Of a stretch of 17,578 nucleotides of DNA, positions 17,027-17,578 are shown one piece after another (positions within the stretch are counted from its first letter, which is position 1; every line of letters begins with the position of its first letter). Below the pieces are notes generated by a model. It was not told the origin of the DNA, did not search any database, and saw nothing but the letters and a program-made list of their open reading frames with translations. This stretch comes from an uncultured Acidobacteriota bacterium (lineage in GTDB: Bacteria; Acidobacteriota; Vicinamibacteria; Vicinamibacterales; UBA8438): contig CAJWLU010000042.1 in NCBI GenBank assembly GCA_913043225.1, positions 1-17,578 on the forward strand, in the 5' to 3' direction. Position numbers and translations under genes: made by a program.

Positions 17027-17578
17027 CTACAGCCCACCCGGACCGCGGCCAGGGTTGAGGGTCGCCCGAGGATCGAACCGGCGCTTCACCTCGCGCATCA
17101 CCTCGAACGTATCGCCCACAGATCCCCAGACATCGGTCAACGCCTTGAGCTCGGCTGTGGCACGCCGGACCACCACGCTCCCTCGCCCGAGTGTGAGACG
17201 TTCGCGCCACTCCGAGACGAGCGCGGCCTGCTTCTCCACCGGGCCCGTCAATCTGAGATGCAGGACGCTGAGCGCCGCCTGCCCGGCCAGCACATACGAC
17301 AGTCCGCGGCTAGCAGTTGCCTCGTCGAGCCAACTCAGCGACGACGGGAGGTTGGCCGGCAGGACGACCGCCTTGAGCAGGGTACCGTCCTCTGCAAAGA
17401 CCCGCCGCTCGTGCGCCGTCCAGAACTCGTTCTGTGCATCGACCTCGAGCAACTGCCCCAGCCCGCCGTGGGTTTCGGCGAGCGTCACCGCCTCCTCGGC
17501 CTGCGCCTCAGTTACCGATTCGAGCGACTCGAACTTCAGCACGACGCGGAGCGGGTCGGTCGCTATCTCGAGGGCGGC
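17027..17578 (-). CDS. glcE: FAD-binding oxidoreductase C-terminal half, GlcE-like (5' end is beyond the window)
   Basis: Frame stays open to the window edge (AALEIATDPLRVVLKFES...). C-terminus DVWG...MREVKRRFDPRATLNPGRGPGGL matches FAD-oxidase C-termini and lacks the GEHG motif of GlcD; adjacent to glcF. Confidence 0.75.
   Translation of the reverse strand, partial: AALEIATDPLRVVLKFESLESVTEAQAEEAVTLAETHGGLGQLLEVDAQNEFWTAHERRVFAEDGTLLKAVVLPANLPSSLSWLDEATASRGLSYVLAGQAALSVLHLRLTGPVEKQAALVSEWRERLTLGRGSVVVRRATAELKALTDVWGSVGDTFEVMREVKRRFDPRATLNPGRGPGGL

Overview
High-GC bacterial chromosomal window. Gene content and style suggest Acidobacteriota, possibly Vicinamibacteria, but this is inference only. 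Left third: a minus-strand housekeeping run, SAM methyltransferase - yebC - ruvC - ruvA - ruvB - fabH - queA - tRNA(CAT, probably elongator Met). Middle: a DUF2231-like membrane protein and a secreted PQQ-type beta-propeller on the + strand, then a ~300 bp gap holding an apparent gene remnant and a candidate small ORF. Right half: a minus-strand run of qor, a divergent GGT-family probable lipoprotein, a secreted FGE-like protein, a twin-arginine-signal ThDP enzyme (OXC/HACL/BAL-like), a hypothetical protein, a monoheme cytochrome c and a GNAT. This run is divergent from glcF, which meets a partial glcE-like gene tail-to-tail. No CRISPR array, transposase, integrase or rRNA is visible. The most notable signal is a cluster of exported enzymes with atypical active sites: a Tat-targeted ThDP lyase-like enzyme, a GGT lacking the glutamate-binding residues, and an FGE fold lacking the catalytic cysteines. 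It may be an uncharacterised extracytoplasmic catabolic module.
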